Of a DNA stretch of 64,000 nt, positions 56,779-64,000 are shown one piece after another. The stretch is from a virus, in IMG/VR virus record IMGVR_UViG_3300022682_000042, positions 18,542 through 82,541 of that record; one strand, written 5' to 3'. The notes beneath the pieces were generated by a model. That model made no database searches and was not told where the DNA came from. It saw only the letters and a list, made by a program, of their open reading frames with translations. The position numbers were made by a program, and so were the translations under genes. How positions within the stretch are numbered: position 1 is the stretch's first letter; every line of letters begins with the position of its first letter.

Positions 56779-57942
56779 ATGTCTCCTAAAATCACCGAAT
56801 TACAATATCACAAACGAATTCACCGGAAACCGGAGGTATACGAGAAACTGCCGGAGACTGAGACAGTCCAGGTTATCGAGACTGAGGACGGCCGAAAAAT
56901 TTATCTGGACGGGGCCAAACGGCTCCACCCCGACTTTCCCAACGGCCCCCCAACCGGCTGGCCCGGTGTCCCGGTTCCCCCCAAGTACCGGAAGGATGGG
57001 GACCTGAAACGGACACAATGCGGCTGGTGGGGAGGTTTGACAAAAGCCTGTTCCCTGGCCAGGGGGGGATGTGGGTACAGGTTCCCGGAGGGCCGGCCTG
57101 ACATTGAGTATTGTCCCTGGTGTGGTCTTGACCGGTGGTGTCGGGCCAATGTGATGAAAGGCCAGAAAAAATGCCGGTCACACGGAGGAGATAAAAAACT
57201 GGGTCAGAAACCAGGTCAAAATAAGGGGAGGTTTAAGTTGACCATAGACAGGAAGTTTAACAGCGATCCGGCCGATGCGTATTTATACGCCAAGCTGGAC
57301 CCGGAAATGTTGAAACTTGAGAAACATATTGCCGTGTTAGATTCCCGGTTGGAGCAGTTATTTGACCGGCTTAAGACCCCGGACAGTTTAGACCTATGGG
57401 AAGCCCTATCCAGTCTGGCCCGGTCAGCCCAGGCTCACCGGCAGAAGGTCGAGGATGTCTATCAGGCTTTCATTCAGGCATTGGCCCAGAAGGACCAGGA
57501 GATGATGAAAAAAAGGCTGGATGAATTGGGGCAGTTGGTCCGGGACCATTATCTGGATGACCTTATTGGGGTTATTCACGATGGCCGGTCTGACTGGTCC
57601 AACTGGACCGATATTCACCGGACTATCGAGGCTCGCCGTAAAGTCACAGTTAGCCAGACAGACCAACTAACCAAAATGCACCAAATGATGCGGGTTGAGG
57701 ACGTTTTAAGTCAGGTCGAAAAGGTTTATATGACCGTCGAGGATGTCCTGAAGGACTCCAGGATTAACACCCCGGAAAAACAGTTAGCGGCCATCGGCTA
57801 TCGGCTTAAGCGACAGTTTAGCGATATGTCACCGGTAGTCCATACCGGGTCCGGTAGTTATTGGCGGTCTGATGTGTTAGAAGGTCGGGCCGGGCCGGTA
57901 GAAAATGAATTGGACGAATTGGGGGCCGGGGATGAGGAATAA
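56779..57942 (+). CDS. Putative terminase small subunit
   Basis: CPWC zinc finger, KCRSHGG (HGGxSTG-like) and a helical C-terminus. Same promoter type as TerL. Confidence 0.55.
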   Translation: MSPKITELQYHKRIHRKPEVYEKLPETETVQVIETEDGRKIYLDGAKRLHPDFPNGPPTGWPGVPVPPKYRKDGDLKRTQCGWWGGLTKACSLARGGCGYRFPEGRPDIEYCPWCGLDRWCRANVMKGQKKCRSHGGDKKLGQKPGQNKGRFKLTIDRKFNSDPADAYLYAKLDPEMLKLEKHIAVLDSRLEQLFDRLKTPDSLDLWEALSSLARSAQAHRQKVEDVYQAFIQALAQKDQEMMKKRLDELGQLVRDHYLDDLIGVIHDGRSDWSNWTDIHRTIEARRKVTVSQTDQLTKMHQMMRVEDVLSQVEKVYMTVEDVLKDSRINTPEKQLAAIGYRLKRQFSDMSPVVHTGSGSYWRSDVLEGRAGPVENELDELGAGDEE

Positions 57943-57965
57943 TTTTTCGACGGACTCAGGATGAA

Positions 57966-57997
57966 AAAAAGCGGTCGGAACGTTCCGACCGCTTTTT
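57966..57997. terminator. Bidirectional terminator (perfect palindrome)
   Basis: AAAAAGCGGTCGGAACGTTCCGACCGCTTTTT between convergent genes. Confidence 0.75.
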
Positions 57998-58006
57998 GTA
58001 GGTGTT

Positions 58007-58711
58007 TTATCTGATTACCTTATGTTTCAGGCCCTCGGACAGGCTGGTAATTTGAGTGCCTCTCAGGTAAAGAGACCCTTCGACCGACAGGCCCTCGGGC
58101 AGGCTGGTAATTTGAGTGCCTCTCAGGTCAAGAGACCCTTCGACCAACAGGCCCTCGGGCAGGCTGGTAATTTGAGTGCCTCTCAGGTCAAGAGACCCCC
58201 CGACCGACAGGCCCTCGGGCAGGCTGGTAATTTGAGTGCCTCTCAGGTAAAGAGACCCCCCGACCGACAGGCCCTCGGGCAGGCTGGTAATTTGAGTGCC
58301 TCTCAGGTCAAGAGACCCTCCGACCGACAGGCCCTCGGGTAGGCTGGTAATTTGAGTGCCTTCCAGGTCAAGAGACCCTCCGACCGACAGGCCCTCGGGT
58401 AGGCTATTCCGTAATAAGACCATTGCTTTCTCAACCTTGATTTTATTACCATTAATATCAACTATATTGTTTCCAATTAGGCAAAAATCAAGGTCTTTAC
58501 CAACAGTCCAATAGCCGGATGATTCTGGCCCGTTTCCGTGAAGGCCACCTCCGCAAGTCGGAGAAGGGTTCCAATCCGGGGCTTCAGTCCATTCTCCGAT
58601 AGGTGACCATAGAAAGTCGTTGTAAGATTTGCCGTTATTTGACCGGCGTAACATCCATTTACCGGTCTTAACAGCTTCTTTTACCAATTGGTCAATTTGT
58701 TCTTTTTCCAT
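58007..58711 (-). CDS. Leucine-rich repeat protein
   Basis: AAGGAG RBS; N-domain APDW..CGGGLHG; six GGSLDLRGTQITSLPEGLSV-type repeats. Confidence 0.85.
   Translation of the reverse strand: MEKEQIDQLVKEAVKTGKWMLRRSNNGKSYNDFLWSPIGEWTEAPDWNPSPTCGGGLHGNGPESSGYWTVGKDLDFCLIGNNIVDINGNKIKVEKAMVLLRNSLPEGLSVGGSLDLEGTQITSLPEGLSVGGSLDLRGTQITSLPEGLSVGGSLYLRGTQITSLPEGLSVGGSLDLRGTQITSLPEGLLVEGSLDLRGTQITSLPEGLSVEGSLYLRGTQITSLSEGLKHKVIR
58027..58405. repeat. 60-bp tandem repeat, about 6.3 copies (coding)
   Basis: Successive 60-nt lines are near-identical. Confidence 0.95.
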
Positions 58712-58725
58712 GTTATTCTCCTTTT

Positions 58726-58944
58726 TTAGTGAGGCCAGGCCGACAGGTATTTTTCCCGTTCTTCCGGGCTGGCATGTTTGAAACAATGGTCAATATGATC
58801 TTCTCCCCCTAGCCACTCTACTTTTTTCCGGCAGCCAGGGTGAGCGCAGGTGGGTAACTTTCTTCGATCAATATCTTTCGGGCCAGTTTGGGCGGCCCAG
58901 GTCAGACGACTTAAGTTTTTCATTCCCTCTCCCATTTCTCCCAT
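58726..58944 (-). CDS. Small Cys/His hypothetical protein
   Basis: CAHPGC..HCFKH. Confidence 0.5.
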   Translation of the reverse strand: MGEMGEGMKNLSRLTWAAQTGPKDIDRRKLPTCAHPGCRKKVEWLGGEDHIDHCFKHASPEEREKYLSAWPH

Positions 58945-59009
58945 TTTTTCAGGTCCACCCCAAACTCCCGGTCAAGACAGGAGGCTAACTTGTTGACCGA
59001 CTTCCCCAG

Positions 59010-59243
59010 TCAGGTATCATACTTGACCTGGGTCCAAACAGTCTCACTTGGTTGGTACAGGGTAGACTGGATAGTATTCCCCCTAACTTCCCGGCTGGCC
59101 TCAGCGTGTAGGCCGAAGGAATTCCAGGTCAGGTCTATTTCAGTATAGTGCATATCCCGATAACCACAGGCAATCAGGGTCATCTGTTTGGCCTCAATCA
59201 GTTCCAGGGCCAGGTCTACCAGGGCTTGGTCAGTCCGTTTCAT
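59010..59243 (-). CDS. Small hypothetical protein
   Basis: 77 aa with a GGAGG RBS. Confidence 0.55.
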   Translation of the reverse strand: MKRTDQALVDLALELIEAKQMTLIACGYRDMHYTEIDLTWNSFGLHAEASREVRGNTIQSTLYQPSETVWTQVKYDT

Positions 59244-59502
59244 TTTTATCCTCCAGGATAGCTACCAGGTAAGGCCCGATAGTGCCTCCAGTTACGGCCC
59301 GGCCATCGATGGTATTGGCCTCAAAGTCAACCAGGCCGGTCTGACAGGAAAACTTGGTATCGGTCAGGATACCCTCCACGAAGGCAAAGCCCCATCCAAT
59401 TTCGTGGGCTTCCTCCGGGGTATCGGCCAGCAGGTCAGGTTGTAGGAAAGCTACCTGGTGGCCTTCTTTCTCGAAAATAGGGGTATATTTATTTTTGGTC
59501 AT
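59230..59502 (-). CDS. Small hypothetical protein
   Basis: 90 aa with a GGAGG RBS. Confidence 0.55.
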   Translation of the reverse strand: MTKNKYTPIFEKEGHQVAFLQPDLLADTPEEAHEIGWGFAFVEGILTDTKFSCQTGLVDFEANTIDGRAVTGGTIGPYLVAILEDKNETD

Positions 59503-59724
59503 TTATTCCTCCAATATTTTCATAATTTCATCAATGGTTTTCAGTTCCCGGTCCGATGGTTCATAACCACCCATCCGGGCCAACCAGAGGTCCCGGCAGG
59601 TGGGACAGGAGGCCGGCATCCATTTCCCATCGTGGGTATGCTCAAACGGTTGGTGACATAGCTCACAGGTCAGGGTTTCGACCGTTCCGGCTGGTTTGAC
59701 TTGGTGGCAGGTTAGGGCTGGCAT
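59503..59724 (-). CDS. Small zinc-ribbon protein
   Basis: CELC..CPTC; GGAGG RBS. Confidence 0.55.
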   Translation of the reverse strand: MPALTCHQVKPAGTVETLTCELCHQPFEHTHDGKWMPASCPTCRDLWLARMGGYEPSDRELKTIDEIMKILEE

Positions 59725-60353
59725 TAGTTAGCCTCCATCAGTTCTGAGTAAGTGTTCAATAGTTCCCGAACCCGGTCTCCGTTTTTGTTGGCCCACCGGG
59801 TGATAGCTCCGTTGGGGCTGGCCCACTTACCATCGGCCTCAACGGTCTTGGTAATCTTACTGAGCCATTGCCAATCCTTGACTTGAGGTTGGGCTGATGT
59901 TAGTACCCATCTCCACTCATACCGGCCATAACCTATATAGGTCCGGCGGGTATATTTCTTCCAGATAGCTTTCTTGAGAGTTACGGCCTGCCGGAGCAGG
60001 TCGCGGTTCATTTCCCAAACCTGTTCTTTGGCCAGGGCCTTGCCCGACTTCTCTTCAAAGTGGGTCACGCACTCGGACCCGACCAGCATGGTCCATTTCT
60101 TACTGTCATTCTGGATATAATAGGCAAACTTAATCGGGTGGGCGCATAGCTCACAGCACATCTCACCGGCCCCATTGTTCCGGTAGAGGGAAGGGGCCGG
60201 GTTGTAACCTTTGGGGAGGTCAAATTCAGGCATTGAAACGGTTTGGTCACCGGCTTTAACCTGGGTCATTCCCTTGACCGGGACGGCCTGCCACTGGTGG
60301 GCCGGGGTTCCTAAATGTTCCAGGTTAGCTTTGACTATTTGATCGTAGGCCAT
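59724..60353 (-). CDS. Hypothetical protein with a CxxC..GSEC motif
   Basis: CELCAHPIK..VGSECVTHF. Confidence 0.6.
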   Translation of the reverse strand: MAYDQIVKANLEHLGTPAHQWQAVPVKGMTQVKAGDQTVSMPEFDLPKGYNPAPSLYRNNGAGEMCCELCAHPIKFAYYIQNDSKKWTMLVGSECVTHFEEKSGKALAKEQVWEMNRDLLRQAVTLKKAIWKKYTRRTYIGYGRYEWRWVLTSAQPQVKDWQWLSKITKTVEADGKWASPNGAITRWANKNGDRVRELLNTYSELMEAN

Positions 60354-60354
60354 T

Positions 60355-60732
60355 TTACATCCATCTTTCCCCGGCATTCCACCGGCTTACTAATTCCCTA
60401 ACTTGCTCTTGAATTTCAACCGGGGTCTCCAGCCAGAAGTTGGTATCTTCAACGGTCTCAAGATATCCCTGGCTACCGGTCTCTTTGCTGTAACCGGTCT
60501 TAATAAACCGGGTGTAAGCCCCGACCCCACATTTGGGCCAGATAGCTTGCCGGTCTGACAATTCCCATTTGTAAGGAGCAATTTCTTGCTTACGGGGTTT
60601 ATTCTGTCCGGCAGTTTTGGCCCGGCTATTCTGGCCTTTTTCGGTAGTTTCGCTGGAAGGAAGGAACTGGCCCCCTTCGTACCACTCACCGTTTTTCCCT
60701 ACTTGGCCGCCTGCTTTTGCTCTGGGTTCCAT
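60355..60732 (-). CDS. Phage hypothetical protein
   Basis: RAKAGGQVGKNGEWYEGGQFLP; first gene after promoter copy 3. Confidence 0.65.
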   Translation of the reverse strand: MEPRAKAGGQVGKNGEWYEGGQFLPSSETTEKGQNSRAKTAGQNKPRKQEIAPYKWELSDRQAIWPKCGVGAYTRFIKTGYSKETGSQGYLETVEDTNFWLETPVEIQEQVRELVSRWNAGERWM

Positions 60733-60740
60733 TTCATTTT

Positions 60741-60873
60741 CCTTAACTTAATTACTTAACTATGAATATTATACTATATAACATACTTTGTGTCAAGTAT
60801 TTTATAGGCCGATTTATGATATCCAACCTTAAAATTCATACCTATTGAACCAACCCTTTACTTGTGGTAAAAT
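60741..60873. promoter_or_regulatory. Repeated leftward promoter module, copy 3, plus a divergent leaderless promoter
   Basis: Minus: TTGACA(60796-60791)-17-TATAAT. Plus: TTGAAC(60845)-17-TAAAAT, 6 nt before ATG 60880. Confidence 0.8.
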
Positions 60874-60879
60874 GTCTTT

Positions 60880-63528
60880 ATGCCCAATGAAGCCTTATTT
60901 CTAACAGAGATAGCGGACCGGTTTGAGCGGGGGGCCAAACCTCCGTTGCCATTGCACGACCCACCGGCCCTCCTCCGGGCTTTGGGCCTGACCCCCTGGT
61001 CAGATGTCGAAGATTTCAGGGGTGAGGATAAAGTCTCAACCATTGCCAACCTGGTCTTGTCCCCCACTCCCCCCAACCGGTTCACGGTAGTTGAGTCCGG
61101 TAACGGGGTAGGTAAGTCGGTCACAGCGGCGGCCATTGCTTCAGCCTGGATGGCTCAGGGAGACCCGGCGGCCATTGTCACCATAGCGCCCTGTTATGAT
61201 GACCAAACCGAAGTTTTAACAAATGTAGGTTGGAAAAAGTTTATTGATCTTGATGATCAAGACCAGGTAGCTTGCCTGGATAAGTCAGGCCGAGTCCATT
61301 ATGAGGTTCCTCAAGAAAGATTTGTATTTCAATATCAGGGTGAGATGATTGGATACCAGAACCAACTGGTTGATTTCTTGGTTACTCCCAATCATCGGGT
61401 TTTTATGGACACGTTTATTAACCGTAAACCAGAAGATTTCAAGGGTAAGGTTATTCCGGCCAGTGAAGCCTTTGACCGAAATGGTCGGTTCCGAAAAATA
61501 GCTGATTGGGATGAAGGGGAAGAGTCAATATCCCCTGATTGGGCAGAGTTTTTAGGGTTTTGGTTTGCCGAAGGGTGGGCTGAGTTTAATCCAAAAGCCA
61601 GAAAATACCGAATAACTCTGACTAACTCAGATGACAAATATGTAGAGTGCCTTTTAAGGCGAGTTGGGTTATGGGATATAACGAAAGTTTATCCTAAACA
61701 CAAAAAGCCACACGTTAAAGATTATACAATTCATCGCAAAGAATTGGCTGCTATATTTGTCAAGTATGGTAAGGCTCATACTAAACGAATACCTGATTCA
61801 ATCAGAAATGGGTCAAAGAAAATTATTAGAGCTTTTCTCAAAGGGTTCTGGGTAGGTGATGGAACAACAGATAATAATGGTAGTACCAGTTTGGCTACAG
61901 CCGGTTATGGTTTAGCCGGAGACTTGCAGGAGCTATATCTCAGGGTAGGAGTTATCGCTTCTGTTCTGACGTGTATCAGTCAAGTCGGCAATGAGTATTA
62001 CACAGTTAATGTTTGGAAAAGTCGGGGTAAATTTCCTCATGTTCACAAGCGGGAATATCAGAAAAAACATTTTCGGTCTGATGACTATAACGGTTGGTAT
62101 AAAAAATACTATGATGGACCAGTTTATTCGGTACAGGTATCAGATTATAACAAAGGGGATGGTAAGGGGGGAATAATTCTGGTCCGGCGTAATGGCAAGT
62201 ATGTTTGGAGTGGAAATACCCACAGTCAGGTCAATAATGTTCTATGGCGATATATCCGGTCGATGAAAAATGAGGTATCGGCCATTCCCGGCACAGTTTT
62301 TGAGACCCCCCGGTGGGACTGTTCCCCCACCCATTACGGCGTGGGCCTCTCTCCCAAACGGGCCAGTGCCGAGGACCTGCAAGCCCTTTACGGTTACCAT
62401 AATCCCCGTCTCCTGGTTATCCTTGATGAGGCCCCCGGCCTGCCCCGGTTACTCTGGGAAGCCGTTCAACGGCTGGTCACCGCCCCCGGCAACCGTATAT
62501 TGGCCCTGGGTAATCCACTCCAACAGGCCGGGCCTTTCTGGGAAGCCTGTAACCGGCCTGACTTGTGGAACTACGTTCACATCAGTTGTCTTGACCATCC
62601 CAACGTAGCCCTAAAAAGAGAGGCCATTCCCGGCGCTACCGGAGTCGAATGGGTCCGGGAACGAATAAAGGACCACTGCACCAGGGCCGCCCCCGATGAC
62701 CCCAACTCCTTCGAGTTCGAGGGCCAACACTACCAACCCGATGCCGTTTTTCAAAGTATGGTCCTGGGCAAAGCCCCGACCGAGGCCACCGACCAGCTTA
62801 TCAGTCTGGCCTGGGTCGATGGGGCAATGAGTTGGACAGCTGACCCTGACCCATCTGAACCGGTGGTATTATCCCTTGACCCGTCCAGGGTAGCCCACGG
62901 AGACCCGGCGGCCCTTATTTGCCGGCAAGGGGGCCTGGTCCGGTGGGTTCGCCGCCGCCGCCCCTCCACCCCAAACCCGACCGATGAACTGGCCGGCTGG
63001 CTCTACTCAGAACATCACTCCTCCGGCTCTTCCCGGGTGTTTATTGAGGAGACCGGTATCGGGGCCGGCGTGGTCGATAGGGCCAGGTCCCTCGGCCTCC
63101 CCGTTATTCCCGTCTCCCCTTCCTCCGGGGCCTCTAAACGCAATCTGGCCAACAAACGAGCCGAATGTTGGTGGAACCTCAGAAATGCCCTACAAACCGG
63201 CTCTATCTCCCTTCCCCAGGATGACTTGCTAATGGCCGACCTTATCACCCCCAAATATTATTTCGACGGTCAGGCCAGAGTTATCATTGAGCCTAAAAAC
63301 AAAATAAGGGACCGGTTGGGCCGGTCCCCCGATTCTGGCGATGCTCTGGCTATCTCCTTCGCTCTCCCTACCCGTATTCCTCCCCCTGACCAATCAAACG
63401 TTGGCCTGGCTGCCCCTTCCCGCTGGGCCTCAGTCGCCAGCCCCACCCAGGAAACAGGTCAGAAAATGTCAGGGCCTTCTCGGTGGCACGCCGGGGGAGT
63501 TCGGAATAAGGGCCGATTCAGGAGATAA
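60880..63528 (+). CDS. terL: Terminase large subunit containing an intein
   Basis: Walker A SGNGVGKS, Walker B VILDEA, ALGNP, nuclease SLDPS, and GRSPDSGDAL. Confidence 0.9.
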   Translation: MPNEALFLTEIADRFERGAKPPLPLHDPPALLRALGLTPWSDVEDFRGEDKVSTIANLVLSPTPPNRFTVVESGNGVGKSVTAAAIASAWMAQGDPAAIVTIAPCYDDQTEVLTNVGWKKFIDLDDQDQVACLDKSGRVHYEVPQERFVFQYQGEMIGYQNQLVDFLVTPNHRVFMDTFINRKPEDFKGKVIPASEAFDRNGRFRKIADWDEGEESISPDWAEFLGFWFAEGWAEFNPKARKYRITLTNSDDKYVECLLRRVGLWDITKVYPKHKKPHVKDYTIHRKELAAIFVKYGKAHTKRIPDSIRNGSKKIIRAFLKGFWVGDGTTDNNGSTSLATAGYGLAGDLQELYLRVGVIASVLTCISQVGNEYYTVNVWKSRGKFPHVHKREYQKKHFRSDDYNGWYKKYYDGPVYSVQVSDYNKGDGKGGIILVRRNGKYVWSGNTHSQVNNVLWRYIRSMKNEVSAIPGTVFETPRWDCSPTHYGVGLSPKRASAEDLQALYGYHNPRLLVILDEAPGLPRLLWEAVQRLVTAPGNRILALGNPLQQAGPFWEACNRPDLWNYVHISCLDHPNVALKREAIPGATGVEWVRERIKDHCTRAAPDDPNSFEFEGQHYQPDAVFQSMVLGKAPTEATDQLISLAWVDGAMSWTADPDPSEPVVLSLDPSRVAHGDPAALICRQGGLVRWVRRRRPSTPNPTDELAGWLYSEHHSSGSSRVFIEETGIGAGVVDRARSLGLPVIPVSPSSGASKRNLANKRAECWWNLRNALQTGSISLPQDDLLMADLITPKYYFDGQARVIIEPKNKIRDRLGRSPDSGDALAISFALPTRIPPPDQSNVGLAAPSRWASVASPTQETGQKMSGPSRWHAGGVRNKGRFRR
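61192..62217 (+). mobile_element. Intein with a LAGLIDADG homing endonuclease (342 aa)
   Basis: Starts CYDDQTEVLT; block B VTPNH; LGFWFAEG and LKGFWVGDG; ends WSGN|T. Exteins rejoin as TIAP-THSQ. Confidence 0.9.
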
Positions 63529-63576
63529 AAAAGCCCCCGCCGGGGGCCGGGTGAGCTACGTGCCCGAATTGGTTTA

Positions 63577-63792
63577 TCAGTTGTTTATAACCACCCTCGT
63601 CTTTCCCCCGTGACCATGCACAGCCTGTACCTTTGCTAAGCCCCCAGGCCCCCCATACACATTCAGGCCGTTAGGCTCCACTAACCATCTCATTACTACC
63701 GTTCCATCCCCAAACTCTACCCCCTCGGCTACTTTCCCTACCCCACTGACCCCGCTTTCATCCTCATCCCGTTGTAAGTAAAATGTCCTCAT
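63577..63792 (-). CDS. Phage hypothetical protein
   Basis: FYLQRDEDESGVSGVGKVAEGVEF.DG..HGHGGKT. Confidence 0.7.
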   Translation of the reverse strand: MRTFYLQRDEDESGVSGVGKVAEGVEFGDGTVVMRWLVEPNGLNVYGGPGGLAKVQAVHGHGGKTRVVINN

Positions 63793-64000
63793 TATCTTTT
63801 TGTCCTTTCTACACTATCTGACTTAGTGTAACTTTTACATAATTTGAAAGGTCTAAAGTACAAAATGAGCTATAGGTCACTCCTTTTACTTGTCATAATC
63901 ATAATGTTTTTAGACTGTCTAAGGCCGTAAAATGCAGAAAAGGGCTATCTAAGGCCGGTTAGAACCGTAAGGAAGACCGCTTAAGGCCGGGGTGGGCCGG

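Noticed and set aside
58027-58405. Regular repeats suggesting a CRISPR array or DGR template/variable repeats
   Set aside because: Contiguous 60-bp units with no unique spacers, in frame in an LRR gene. No cas or reverse transcriptase gene is in the window.
1-64000. tRNA/rRNA genes or an alternative genetic code
   Set aside because: No cloverleaf or rRNA-like segment recognised by eye. Genes are full length and tightly coupled under the standard code.

Overview
The whole 64 kb window reads as part of a tailed (siphovirus-like) phage genome. A Chloroflexota host is inferred from a C-terminal YYLPLIFK motif; this is not proven. Order: head-tail joining and tail genes interleaved with two glycosyltransferases (0-16.6 kb); replication/recombination genes (16.7-26 kb); a ~16 kb nucleotide-sugar cluster resembling a nonulosonic (pseudaminic/legionaminic-type) acid pathway plus methyl-, sulfo- and transketolase tailoring enzymes (27-43.4 kb); an HTH-portal-MuF fusion, a DNA methyltransferase, a TnpB-only IS200/IS605 element, and ParB-like and ABC-GNAT genes (43.6-52.8 kb); then leftward accessory cassettes interleaved with a putative small terminase and an intein-containing large terminase. 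No major capsid gene is recognisable. Main observations: (1) an integron-like unit at 2.6-4.8 kb with four attC-type sites, four cassette genes, a consensus promoter and a divergent, degenerate IntI-like gene; (2) an apparent virion-glycosylation system, with a recurrent S-A-C motif in structural-module proteins; (3) a dispersed 16-bp palindrome that also lies inside coding sequences; (4) four leaders with the same switch-like RNA architecture. All calls come from reading motifs by eye; no database searches were run.
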